Shown: positions 12,688 to 26,012, numbered from the stretch's first letter. The stretch: DNA of 64,000 nucleotides from Octopus vulgaris (GCA_951406725.2 OX597841.1:310001-374000), one strand, 5' to 3'. The notes: generated by a model not told the origin, from the sequence alone. Translations and numbers: made by a program.

Positions 12688-13710
12688 CAGCTGGAAAGAG
12701 TGAAAGAGAATCACAACTTCAAAGACTGATGTTGGATGGAATATTTGTATGGATTCTTTATTAACAGGTAATACATGGCGTGTGTGCATCACTAGTGGTG
12801 GTCACCTAGATTGGGTGAATGTGAACAACAACAGCTGGAAAGAGAGAAAGAGAATCACAACTTCAAAGACCGATGTTGGATAGAATATTTGTATGGATTC
12901 TTTATTAACAGATAATACATGGCGTGTGTGCATCACTAGTGGTGGTCACCTAGATTGGGTGAATGTGAACAACAACAGCTGGAAAGAGAGAAAGAGAATC
13001 ACAACTTCAAAGACCGATGTTGGATAGAATATTTGTATGGATTCTTTATTAACAGATAATACATGGCGTGTGTGCATCACTAGTGGTGGTCACCTAGATT
13101 GGGTGAATGTGAACAACAACAACAGCTGGAAAGAGAGAAAGAGAATCACAACTTCAAAGACCGATGTTGGATAGAATATTTGTATGGATTCTTTATTAAC
13201 AGATAATACATGGCGTGTGTGCATCACTAGTGGTGGTCACCTAGATTGGGTGAATGTGAACAACAACAACAGCTGGAAAGAGTGAAAGAGAATCACAACT
13301 TCAAAGACCGATGTTGGATAGAATATTTGTATGGATTCTTTATTAACAGATAATACATGGCGTGTGTGCATCACTAGTGGTGGTCACCTAGATTGGGTGA
13401 ATGTGAACAACAACAACAGCTGGAAAGAGAGAAAGAGAATCACAACTTCAAAGACCGATGTTGGATAGAATATTTGTATGGATTCTTTATTAACAGATAA
13501 TACATGGCGTGTGTGCATCACTAGTGGTGGTCACCTAGATTGGGTGAATGTGAACAACAACAACAGCTGGAAAGAGAGAAAGAGAATCACAACTTCAAAG
13601 ACCGATGTTGGATAGAATATTTGTATGGATTCTTTATTAACAGATAATACATGGCGTGTATGCATCACTAGTGGTGGTCACCTAGATTGGGTGAATGTGA
13701 ACAATAACAA
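12688..13710 (-). repeat. 7-unit 144/147-bp tandem array at the 3' end of gene B, each unit with AATAAA
   Basis: Unit starts (cagctggaaag) at 12688, 12832, 12976, 13123, 13270, 13417 and 13564; near-identical; tttatt (AATAAA on the gene strand) in every unit. Confidence 0.95.
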
Positions 13711-13734
13711 CAACAACAATAGTGTCAATGGATA

Positions 13735-13802
13735 TCATGGGCCGGGATATTCCTGCTGCCTCAGGCTGATGAATATGGCCATGGAGTCTGCTATGCCATA
13801 AC
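13735..13802 (-). CDS. Gene B coding exon 5 (terminal)
   Basis: acttgcag acceptor; (G)YGIADSMAIFISLRQQEYPGP*; TGA at 13737-13735. Confidence 0.85.
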
Positions 13803-14003
13803 CTGCAAGTAACAATAACAACATCAATAACCAAAGAAATTGAAATAAATCGTGGAAAGTCTTCATACGCGGTTACTCGTATTAATAGAAATGGCAGCCA
13901 AATGGGAAACATACAGGAAGGTCAAGATTAAAATCAGTTGAATCGAAGCTGATTGGCTGCCGAACAATAAGTACAGAAATAACCTCTGCGATTACTATTC
14001 ACA

Positions 14004-14057
<54 letters not shown>

Positions 14058-14128
14058 AAGGGAGCGAGAAAGAGAGAGAGAGTGAGAGAAAGCGAGAGAG
14101 ACACACACAAAAGGAAAATGTCACTTAC

Positions 14129-14292
14129 CATCGGACCACTTGATTTTCGATTTTGCATCAGAATAACGAATTATAGGATAATGATCCATTTCATCATATG
14201 AACAGTATACTTGGGCTTCAACTACGGCTAGCCAGCCCAACTCACCCGTACAACCACCGTAGTGGTTCGTTATATAGAAGCGACGTGCACTC
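14129..14292 (-). CDS. Gene B coding exon 4
   Basis: tttgtag / GTAAGT; 164 nt; SARRFYITNHYGGCTGELGWLAVVEAQVYCSYDEMDHYPIIRYSDAKSKIKWSD. Confidence 0.9.
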
Positions 14293-14848
14293 CTACAAAG
14301 TTGGAGAAGAACTCGTTTGGGTTTCAAAATGAGAAAATAGAAGCATTTAATAAATATAGCATTATGTTCCATGCACACATTTGAATCTGTCTGTATTTAA
14401 TTAAAATAGCCATTTGTGTATCATATTTAAAGTATAAATGCACTGTGTAGAAACTAGTTACTTTAGTAGTATATTCTCTGAGGTAACATCTCCTATGTAT
14501 TTGCTTTGTTTCGAATAATAAAATTCGTTCCAGCAGCGGACAACGAGAGGAAAAGAAGTTTTCTCAGGGCAAATATTGCAGTAACTGGCTTATCGGGAGT
14601 GTGTCTACGTTAGGTATGATATATAGATGTCTATACCAGTCTGTTAGAATCTGAATTGACAACTCCAACGGCCGTCTATAGAATCCTTTGTTCAGACTGA
14701 AGGTAAATTCACAAGATCAAGAAATATCGTGAATAAATATATAGAGTTAAAAAACAGATTTGTATTAGTAGCATAAGAAAAGTGCATTTAGCTCAATACG
14801 ACAATACGTCTCTACCTAGTGAAAGAGAAAAAAATATTTAGAACATAC

Positions 14849-15012
14849 GAAATTCCTTTAAGTGTGAAATACTGTGGCCTGACTGAAGATAGGTCATCCC
14901 ATGGAGAACTTTTCAAGTTTGCATAATTGAACCAGGTGTGAATTTTTGAATTTCGTCCTTCAAAAATCATAGTCACCACAGCTGTTTGGTTTTTATAAAT
15001 CACCAGTTTCAC
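14849..15012 (-). CDS. Gene B coding exon 3
   Basis: ttttcag / GTATGT; 164 nt; VKLVIYKNQTAVVTMIFEGRNSKIHTWFNYANLKSSPWDDLSSVRPQYFTLKGI. Confidence 0.9.
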
Positions 15013-15040
15013 CTGAAAAATAAGAGTAAACATATAACAG

Positions 15041-15075
<35 letters not shown>

Positions 15076-15536
15076 CACACATACACACGCACGCACACAC
15101 ACACATACACACAAATAGATCATGTTCTATTGATCGAGGTAATTTAACAGCTATTTCATTGGCTACGAGCCTAACGACTACTCCATTTTCTCTTCATCAT
15201 TTCTTTGAATGTAAGGAATTAATACTAATGATATTAATATATATCTATATCTATCTATATATGTGTGTGTGTATGTGAGTGTGTTTGTGTGTATGTATGT
15301 ATATACATATATATGCAGGTGTGTTAACAACTGTTGCCTAAGGCAAGAATTTTCTCCACGGTAAATCGCAGTGAAAACTGCCGTTTTTACGGTTAAAATA
15401 CGTCTGAAATATATGTGAAGTGATCCAAAAGATAGTTTATCTTTATGGTTGTTATTATGATAATGTGTGTGTGAAGGAATCTGATTTCGCTTCTGTGTGT
15501 GTGTGTGTGTGTGTGGGTGTGTAAGTGCTTACATAC

Positions 15537-15715
15537 CTCATCAACTGGAAGTTGCTCCCAGAAATCAAGAATAGGATGTCGGAAAAAGTTCGGACAGAAG
15601 TAACCATTGCACTTGTCTACATTCCAGGTTGAAGGACTTCCTATATTGAGTAAGGAATTATAGATTTGCGAACCCGCCCCCACTGATATGGCATAAGTTT
15701 TAATCCATCGGCTAT
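15537..15715 (-). CDS. Gene B coding exon 2
   Basis: tttcag / GTATGT; 179 nt; (N)SRWIKTYAISVGAGSQIYNSLLNIGSPSTWNVDKCNGYFCPNFFRHPILDFWEQLPVDE. Confidence 0.9.
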
Positions 15716-15719
15716 CTGA

Positions 15720-15928
15720 AATAATAATAATGATAATAATAATAATAATAATAATGATAATAATAATGATAATAATAATGATAATAATAATAATAATAAT
15801 AATGATAATAATAATTATAATAATGATAATAATAATGATAATAATAATAATAGTAATTATAATAATGATAATAATAATGATAATAATAATAATAATGATA
15901 AAAAATAATAATAATAATAATTATAATG

Positions 15929-15963
<35 letters not shown>

Positions 15964-16000
15964 TATAATAATGATAATAATAATGATAATAATAATAATG

Positions 16001-16091
<91 letters not shown>

Positions 16092-16158
16092 TATAATAAT
16101 AATAATAATAATAATAATATTAATAATAATGATAATAATAATAAAAATAGTAATAATG

Positions 16159-16190
<32 letters not shown>

Positions 16191-16224
16191 TATAATAATG
16201 ATAATAATAATGATAATAATAATG

Positions 16225-16307
<83 letters not shown>

Positions 16308-16308
16308 T
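15720..16308. repeat. ~590-bp imperfect (AAT)n microsatellite abutting the gene B exon 2 acceptor
   Basis: Directly visible. Confidence 0.95.
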
Positions 16309-19155
16309 ACACCGGGGACGTTTGCATTACACCGGGGATGTCAAACGAGATTATACCGGGGACGTTAAACGGAGATTACACCGGGGACGTTAAACATGGG
16401 AGTGCGATAAAACAGTGCTCCGAAATATATCCACAAACATCGGAGACAAAGATATCGCATGGAGCTAAAAAACAACTGACAAAGGATTGGACTATATCCG
16501 AGTAAGTAATACTCATTGAAATTTATTACTATTTTCAAAACGAAATTATGTATTTTAACTCGATATCATCTCCACCTCTAACACAACACATGTAAACATG
16601 CTTGATACATTACGATCCATCAAACAACATGTACAAAAAAACTACGAAGAAATTAAATAATACCGGTATTATTCAACCCAAGAATAACAATCAAGCGGTA
16701 CGTACTTTAAACTTACAACATAAAATGTACGAAAAACTACACGTGCAAAACAATGTGACAACAGAAATGAACGTGCCGGTACCCTACGAAAATGACGACC
16801 GTCAAAATAATGGGCCGGACGTTGTTCCTCATGTCCCGCAAATAAAACCCAAAAGACATAAATGGACACGAGAGGAATACATTTCTATCCTACACGCTTA
16901 CTTTACAGCAGTGCTCTACCCAAACAATGAAAATACAACAACACATACATACAAAATAAGGAAGAAAAATAACATAAATAAAGACCTGGATACAACAATG
17001 AACCCTAATAAACTAGCAAATATACGGAGATATATTCTCAACGCAAAAAATATCAGAAATAGAAATAGAACATTTAAAAGAAAAAATACACCAGGAAAAT
17101 GTAGATAGAAGCCACAGAACAATGCCAAATAATATAAACACTGAAACAGTAAAACACGAAGACAAACGTAACATTTCCAACAAAAACGATGTAAACAAAA
17201 AACAACAAACCCAGACCGTAAGGATACACAATAATACACGACAAACAGCAAGCCAAATCACGACAAACAAACATACAGATGAGAAAGAAAGCGACACAAA
17301 TCTAAAACCTGGAAACAACGAAGGGGAGCCTAATGATTATGAAACTATAAAAAGTAGAATAGTCAAAGAACTGAAAACCACAGAGCTCAAAATGGACCAC
17401 CGACCATACCTCCCAAAAATCAAAATAGACAAAACAACAACATCAATAATAAACAACATAAACCTAGCCGTCACGGAACTAATAGCCACTGAAACAAAAA
17501 GCGATATCACTGAGCTAAATGACTTAGTATACGCAGCAACCACTGCAGCCACAAAAGAAGCTGGATACTAACTCAAACCCATCCAAACAGGAGTACCACC
17601 ACCCAAACATACCCTGTGGATAAATAACATCGAAAACAAAATACATAAAATGCGAAGAGATCTGTCGATTCTTAATGAAATCAGTAGAGAATCAACGCTA
17701 CTGAGTAACAAAAAGAAAACAAAAATACTCCGCAAATACAACACCAGAGAAAAAGATTTACCTGAGATAAAAGAAAAGCTAATGCAAGATATCCTTGCCA
17801 AAGCACAAAGGATCCGCCGGTACAAGAAACGCCAACGTTTCTTTGTACAAAACAAAAAGTTCAACTCCAACCCCAACCCCAAAAAGTTCTACCAAGAACT
17901 TGGCAAAAATAAAATAGAAATCACTGCAGCACCAACGGCAGAAGAAGTGGAAGAATTCTGGAGAGAAATATCTACTTCAGAAGGAAGGAAAACTGATACA
18001 AATAGCGACATAACACGAGCAAAACAAAAATCTGTTCTCAGTATTTAAGGAAGCTGACAAATACAAACAAGAAATCATACCACCTAACAAATATGAAGAA
18101 GAAGAAGAAGAAGAAGAAGAAGAAGAAGAAGAAGAAGAAGAAGAAGAAGAAGAAGAAGAAGAAGAAGAAGAAGAAGAAGAAGAAGAAGAAGAAGAAGAAG
18201 AAGAAGAGACGACAAAAGCTATAAAACAAATGAAATCCAAACTAAAACTAGAATAGCAACGAACCATGATAAAACGATGGCAAGAAAAGCCCCTTCATGG
18301 CAAAAACTGGACTAAACTAAATGCAAAAGAAATAGACAAAGAAAAATCCCAACAATGGTTGAGAAGCTCAGGACTCAAAGCAGAGACTGAAGGATTTTTA
18401 ATTGCAGCACAAGACCAAAGCGTCCCCACCAGAAATTACCAAATACGTAATGAAAAGACATATAATAAGTAACTGCAGAATATGTGGAGATGGACAAGAA
18501 ACAATAAATTATATTATCTCTGGCTGCCCAGTCCTGGCTAAGAAGGAATATATTCACAGACACGACAGAGTTGGGACCTATATATACTGGAAACTATGCC
18601 ACCATTATGGAATAACAACAGAAAAAAGATGGTATAGGCACACACCAGAAAAGGTCACAGAAAACGAGAAAGCAACCATACTCTGGGATATGCCGATACA
18701 CACAGAGAGAGAAATTAAGGCCAACAGACCAGATATAGTTGTCAGAGATCATGAAGGAAAGAAATGCTTTCCTAATTGATGAATCAATATCGGCAGATGA
18801 CAACGTGTCTCTAAAAGAAATGGAGAAACTCTCAAAATACAAAGACCTGGAAATAGAGGTAACCAGAATGTGGAATCTAAAAACAGAAACAATTCCTATC
18901 ATAGTAGGTGCATTAGGCATGATAAAAAAATATTCAGACAAATACATAACAAAAACACCAGGACTTACAAATATATATAACATACAGCAATAGCAGTAAT
19001 AGGCACTGCACACATCCTACGTAAAACACTTCCAATACATACGAGCATCACAGCAAACCTCTGCACATACCCAAGGCACAATGAGCTGTGCTCTGTAGTG
19101 CTGGGAAAGCACGTATAAAGAATAAGACTGCCGAATAAAAATAATCCCATAATAA
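16309..19155 (+). mobile_element. R4/Dong-like non-LTR retrotransposon, internally deleted (no RT core), in gene B intron 1
   Basis: 5' accggggacgtt repeats; N-terminal KRHKWTREEY; C-terminal CRICG..ETINYIISGC..RHD zinc motif and NRPDIVV..EKLSKYKDL restriction-like endonuclease; frameshifted; internal (GAA)n at about 18095-18205; inserted in (AAT)n. Confidence 0.85.
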
Positions 19156-19592
19156 TTCAGCTTGTTTCTCTGTTCCTTAGCCCATTCGTAACGCTTTCAC
19201 ATGAAGCTCTCTCGCCCAGCAGGGTAGGACCGGTCGTCATCTAGCGACTGTAGTACGAAGGAAAGGAAGAAAGACGGATTGCATTGCTGAAGGAATGTTA
19301 CATCCGGAAAGAAAACAGCAGAATGAAAGATGTGGTTTAAAAAGGGAATGTTTGCTGTAACTCGACAAAGACTAAGTGAACAAGAACGACAAATAAAATT
19401 GAAATGCTGGTTAACAGCAATCGAAACAATAATATCAGCAACAGCAACAATATGGTTTCGAAATCTTGGCCAGCAATTTCGAGGGTAGATGAGTAAGTCG
19501 ATTTCATCGACCGCTGATGTTCAACTGGTACTTTGATCTGACCGAACAATGTAAAAATAAGTCAACAGTAATAATAAAGAAGATTCACTTAC

Positions 19593-19923
19593 TTCTATAG
19601 AAGGAAATCTCGTTGGTGTCATTCGTGCTGACGACTGTCATTATATTTTTCGGTGAGTAATTCTTACAAACACGGCTGACTTTGTTGTAAGTAAAGAATT
19701 CTGATTGTCTCTGTAGAGCGATGCCGCTACATTCCAGTAGACTTGATTCGGTGTGGAATCGTTCTGTTGGAGGTGTCCCAATATAATCATAGGAATAACC
19801 AGGTCCCAAACGATTGTAGTAAGCTTCATCAAATTCCTGATCTGAGGTGACAGCCAGGATTGTTGTAAGAGCTAACAGCAGCACTTCCATTGCAGCAGGA
19901 CGGGTAAAAAGAAACAGGGACAT
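19593..19923 (-). CDS. Gene B coding exon 1: signal peptide + degenerate PAN/apple-like domain
   Basis: MSLFLFTRPAAMEVLLLALTTILAVTS...ECSGIALQRQSEFFTYNKVSRVCKNY...; GTAAGT donor; 331 nt. Spliced CDS 331+179+164+164+68 = 906 nt, 301 aa, no internal stop. Confidence 0.9.
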
Positions 19924-21504
19924 TCTTGGCTTTGAGATTATTAGAGGGAGACGGAAAGGGAAAGAAATGGTGTGAAAGAGAGAACGAATGAGGTGGGGAG
20001 TGATATAAGGAGATTCAGCAAGGGGACAAGATGAATTTTAATAAATAAAGATGGAACGGGGAAGAGAAAGATAGAAAGGGTCGCAAAGCGTGAAAGAGTA
20101 ACAGAAAAATATCCTGAAAAAGAAGAGAGAGATACAATTAGAAGATGGAGAGTGTTTGTGTGTGAGTGGAAGAATGTTTGGAAAAGAAAAGGAAAAAAGA
20201 AGAAATTATAATTTAGAAACATAGGTCTTGGGAAGTCCTTTAAATTGCATTCAGTACGGGGCCCCTAATTGGAAATTTCCAGGGTTTCAAAGAGTTTAGA
20301 ATCGTCTCTTAACCAGTGTTGTTCGAGGGTCTTATCTGACCCGGAGCAGAAGTACGCGTCACGGCCCCTGCTAGTATGCACGTATTTTTGTATCTGTGAA
20401 TGTGTTACCTCGATTGGGGATGACTTGTTACTAAACAACTGCAACAGAAACAAACTGGATGATGTAACCATAAATACATTATCACTTAACAAATGATGAG
20501 ATGGTCACATTTGGAATACTTTAGATCATAGCTCTGTTGGATCAGAGTTGATCTGGTGATTAAACACGGTCACAAACTCTTGCTCACTTCACAATGCGCG
20601 CTTACAGACACACTCACCTCCGAATCATAATACATACGCGCGCAAATAAAGCAGAATGCGATAAGAAAAAACACTTACTTTCACTGTGGTGAAGAGCCGC
20701 CCCTACACTTTAGGTGTCTATGTGAGGACTTCTAGTCAGGACTGTTCATTAAGGGCACAGCTTATTTCTGCTCTCCTTCCCGTCTTCTATTGTAAGTACT
20801 TTCTTCTATTAACCACAGTAGAGTCTACAGATATAAGGACTTTTCATAAATGCCAGAACTGACCACTGCTGTCTGTCCTTTGTTCTCTTATCAATATCAC
20901 ATTCAGACTTAGACTTGTCCGAAAATTACCAAAACACGCAGATTGACCAAAAACCACAGTACCATCCACCCAGATCAATCTTGTTTACTAATATGCTTGT
21001 ATTTCTCCAGAAGAGTGAAAATACGCCAAACTTTTCAATACGTCTTCTTTGTTACTACGAAGGAAAGAAGTTCTTGAGTAGAGAAATGCGCTTCACGAAA
21101 CATACAGAAGATACGCCTGTGTAGTTGTTGAAGTCGTTCCGATGTTAGCAGTAATGTAGCTCTGGTGTTTGTGATACTGACGTTGCAGTGTTAATACCTG
21201 TGATGGCGTGATGTGATGTTGGTGTTTCTGTAGGTGGAGATATAAAAGCTGAACGTTGAAGGTCGCTGGACCGAAGTCTTCCATTAAAGAAAATCATTCA
21301 AATCAATCACCATGGATGATGAAAAGTAAACATATTTCTGGATCGGTACACTCTCTATTTCAACCGTAACACAAACTGCTTTAATAAGTTTCACAATATG
21401 TCTTTACATGTATCATGGCAATTAGCGGTGCTTCCTAATTAAAACTATGTGTGTGTGTATTTGTGTGTGCGTGCGCATGTGTGATAGTGTGTGTGCACGC
21501 ATAT

Positions 21505-21552
<48 letters not shown>

Positions 21553-21699
21553 AGGGTATCCCCAAATCAGGGCAAACAAATTTTTCACTATTTCCATAGC
21601 AAGATATTGATATATTTCGGGAGTGAGCGTTGCAATGCAATGGAAAATGAAACACATTTACGATATGACAACATTTATTCGATATAACCCCCTTTGTTT

Positions 21700-22330
21700 C
21701 GAATCACAACCTTAAATCTAGGTGTGAATGCTTCACACGCAGCACGCAGCAGTTTTTGTGGAATCGAGCCCATTCCTGGCGCAGTTTTGCTTTCAATTTG
21801 CCGAGAGAAACATGAGAAGTGCTCGAGAGCCTCGGATCCCAAATGGACCAAACAGAAAAACTCCAACGAGTTGGCATCGGAGCTTCTTGAGGTTCATACA
21901 TCCTTGCTTAGGAAAGACTGAATGCTTTCTGAATCGAGAGATGTGTCTGCTCGGAGTTGTGGGACTGTGGTGATTCCTGCTGGAGTCTCGAAGTTGCCCC
22001 TGGAAAGTCCTCATCAGCCCATAGAAACGGTTCAGCTACCTGAATGTCGCTAATGTATTGCTGGGAATTCGTTTCAACATCCGAGATCACAAAAACGAGA
22101 GGAGACCTTTCAGTAGCTGTCACAACAGTCCAAATCCTAAGTGACAGTGGATTTGGACGTCGATTTACGGGTCTAATCTCGATAGAGCCAGATACACTCT
22201 AAGGTCGGTCATTCTGGTTGTTCACTGTCTGTCCGACGCCAAATCCCTTTTCATCTGCACGCGTGCATTCAGCAATCTGACGCAGGATGAGATGATTTCT
22301 CTCCTGTCTCGAATTCTCTTGCGTCGGTTC
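21700..22330 (-). mobile_element. Possible highly degraded Gypsy RT/RNase H remnant
   Basis: GC-richer island; FSRQIESK...KLLRAACEAF loosely resembles the Gypsy RNase H FSRKL..ELLAAYEA motif. Confidence 0.3.
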
Positions 22331-22455
22331 ATAAATTTATAAAAAAAATATTCCAGACGTTCAAGCTTTTAATAATTGAATTCTTTATTAACCTTTACAT
22401 ATCTAATTACTAAGCAGCTTTCTCCATTATCATATAGGTACGCACACACACACAG

Positions 22456-22497
<42 letters not shown>

Positions 22498-22499
22498 AC

Positions 22500-22745
22500 A
22501 CATACATACGTACATACATACATACTTACGTATATACATACTTACATACATACATACATACATACATACTTACATATATACATACTTACATTCATACATA
22601 CATACATACATACATACATACATACATACATACTTACATACATACATATATACATACATACATATTTACATATATACATACTTACATACATACATACATA
22701 TTTACGTATATACGTACATACATATATACTTACATATATACATAC

Positions 22746-22776
<31 letters not shown>

Positions 22777-22846
22777 CATACTTATATACATACATACATA
22801 CATACTTTTATTCATACATACTTACATATATACATACATACATACA

Positions 22847-22878
<32 letters not shown>

Positions 22879-22963
22879 CTTACATACATACATACTTATA
22901 TACATACATACATACATACATACTTATATTCATACATACATACATACTTACATATATACATAC

Positions 22964-22994
<31 letters not shown>

Positions 22995-23428
22995 CATACA
23001 TACATACTTACATATATACATACATACATACATATATTCTTATATATATACATACGTACATACATACATACATACATACTTACGTATATACATACTTACA
23101 TACATACCTACATACATACTTACATATATACATACATATATACATACATACATACATACATATTTACATACATACTTACATACATACATACATACATTCA
23201 TACATACTTACATACATACATACTTACATATATACATACTTACATACATACATACATACATACATACTTATATATATACATACATACATACATACATACA
23301 TACATACATACATACATACATACATACATACATACATACATACATACATACATACATACATACATACATACATACATACATACATACATACATACATACA
23401 TACATACATACATACATACATACATACA

Positions 23429-23457
<29 letters not shown>
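22500..23457. repeat. (CATA)n microsatellite
   Basis: Directly visible; similar tracts at 27069-27506 and 27810-28245. Confidence 0.95.
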
Positions 23458-23459
<2 letters not shown>

Positions 23460-23699
23460 GTCTACTATACATCATCTTGTATTTCCTCAATGATCTATTC
23501 TTCACGCTTTGGGCTTCTGCTCCAAAAACCAGGATATAAAAACAAGCGAAACAGCATATATTTTTACTGAAAAATCAAGTTAGATTGTATACCAAGGATG
23601 AAAACCAGTCGCATGTCTGGGTTCTGTTGGAAAAAGTGCCCCAGAAACAATTTTCTTATTAAAGAAAAAACATTTCCGCCTCATAATTCTGTACACCTG

Positions 23700-24090
23700 T
23701 CTAACTAAATGTTTACAAATCGCAACGTATTCTGACACTTTTTTACCTCCACTATTTCCACAGACTTTGCTCTGATGAACTTTCTTGTCTAGTTACTCCT
23801 CTCAAAACCTTCAAACGTGTCCCCTATTTCTCTTTTAAAGACGCATCGTTTCCCTGTTGAGCTTCCTGTCAGTCTTAAGTGCTTTTATTCCCACAGTTTC
23901 TTTCCTCAAACTACTGCTCTCTCGAACTCACTAAAATCGTCTTCGTTTCCTTTGCTCTGTGATATTCGGTCCATTAAGCTTTGTCAATCAACCAGTTTTG
24001 AATATGTGGGCTCCTTTCCTTTCCTTCTTCGTAGTCCCTTGTACTACGCTGGTCTCAAACCTTGCTTGGGACACAATCGTATAAAAATAC
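23700..24090 (+). mobile_element. Degraded LINE 3' end
   Basis: Frameshifted YFHRLCSDELSCLV..HRFPVELP..YSHSFFPQTTALSNSL, typical of the post-RT C-terminus of APE-type LINEs. Confidence 0.55.
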
Positions 24091-24845
24091 ATCATGTGGT
24101 CTGTGTAAGATACAGAAACGAGCTGGATTCGAACTTGAAACTTTTACTGCTATATATATATATAATTAATGCAACATTTCTATGTTATTTTTCAATCTAT
24201 TTAAGCTTCAATAAATACAACCATGTATTGAACCTATGACAGCACTGATTCTCCTGACTGCTGAGTTTAATCGAACTTATCGATTTAAGCATTGGAATAT
24301 TTTTTGCTGCCCAAACATGAATCTCTGTAACTGAGTGCGAATCGTATTAACAGTAACCAACCAACCTCATCTGGTCACTGTCAGTCGATATATAAGCACG
24401 AACCTCTTAGACGTAATACTGTCAGCTTGAAGTAAATTAATTTACTGAACTGATTTTTTGCTCTAACATTTTCATTTATCAATATTGTTTCATATCTCGC
24501 TCGCGTGCCGACACACCATTAAATATTCTACAACATTACAAATCGTACAACATATTTATTAGCTTTTAAGCGATGTGTCGAATGTGGCTTAAAACTGAGC
24601 AACATGTCTACAAAATCCATACCCGCTCATGGCTTCATTTTAATCTTGTAATTTTCCAAATGATTTTCTGTTATATTTAATGTTTTCCATTACTCACAAG
24701 AGTTGTGTTTCCTAGGGCAACGAAAAGACAACAAAATTCAGTATAGAAAATAATCTATACTACAACAAATACATATATATATATATATATACATTCGTAC
24801 TTATACACACATACATATAGGTATATACATATACATATATATATA

Positions 24846-24896
<51 letters not shown>

Positions 24897-24965
24897 GCAT
24901 ATACATATATGTATATATATATACATATACATATATGTGTATGTATATATATATATATATATATA

Positions 24966-26003
24966 TAAATCCTTAAATCCTTAAAAATGTTTTAGCCCGA
25001 AGGCCGCGGCCATGCTGGGGCACCACCGCTGAATGAGCTACACTAGTTTGTGAATCCACCTCTGATACGTGGCACTTGATCAACAAGGGAGTTCGATGCT
25101 GCTGCCCGCATCCGTGTCTCCTGTCGTGAGGTAGGTTCATCTGGGACTCCCAACAAGAAGAGATCCAGTTTAGTTTTAAAGAAACCCACATCCACACCAT
25201 GTAAGTCTCTCAGGCATTTAGGGAGGATGTTAAAGAGCTGTGGTCCTCTGAAACCCAAGCTGTTGCAGTATCTGGACCTGTATTTTGATGGTGATGTTGG
25301 AATCCTTGGCACCACGCAGCGGCGCCCCGTTCTGCGGTTGGAGTAACTTTGAATGCCAAAGTTTGGGACAAGACCCTCCAGGATTTTCCAGATGTATATC
25401 ACTGCATATCTCTCCCGCCTCCGCTCCAGGGAGAAGAGGTTTAATACCTTCAGTCTTTCCCAGTAGCTGACATTTTGCATTGAGACGATTTTCTTTGTGT
25501 AGCTTCTCTGAGTTGCTTCGAGTTCTGCTGTTTGTTTTATATTGTGTGGTGACCAAAGTTGGGAGCAGTAGTCCAAGCGGCTGAGGACAAATGTTTTCCA
25601 TAGGACCATCAGTGTCTCCTTCTCTCTTGTTCTGAAAGTTCGGAGAATCCATCCAGCTAGCCGTCTGCATTTTATCACCAGATTAGCAATATGCATTTGG
25701 AAAGATGCATCATTGCTCATGTCAATGCCCAGGTCACGCACTGATTTTGACTCAGGGATTGCAATTCTTCCTGGGCCAGTGTATCCAGTCTTCACGTCAT
25801 TTACCTTTGTGTGCCAGTAGCGCAGGGCCTGGAACTTACCTGCATTAAACTGCATGTTGTTGTCCTCAGCCCACCTGTATATTGTGTCCAGCTCATGTTG
25901 CAGATGCGCAATATTTTCAGGGTTTTGTATTGCGTGGGAGACTTTTGTGTCATCTGCATAGCTAGCAAGGGTGGTCATCGTAGCAACTGAAGGCATGTCT
26001 GAA
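24966..26003 (-). mobile_element. 5'-truncated CR1-like LINE (RT C-terminal half, open 317-aa frame)
   Basis: YADDTK, NNMQFN, RDLGI, SRLDYCSQLWSP, YWERLKVLNLFSLERRRER motifs; short (ggatttaa) tail; inserted in (TA)n. Confidence 0.9.
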
Positions 26004-26012
26004 ATATATAAA

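Noticed and set aside
12688-13710. CRISPR-like regular array
   Set aside because: Units are identical end to end with no unique spacers, there are no cas genes, and the context is eukaryotic.
22376-23539. Long ORFs such as the 387-aa YIHT repeat, poly-Ile (15730-16368) and YI/CV/LSIY frames
   Set aside because: Translations of microsatellites that lack stops by composition.
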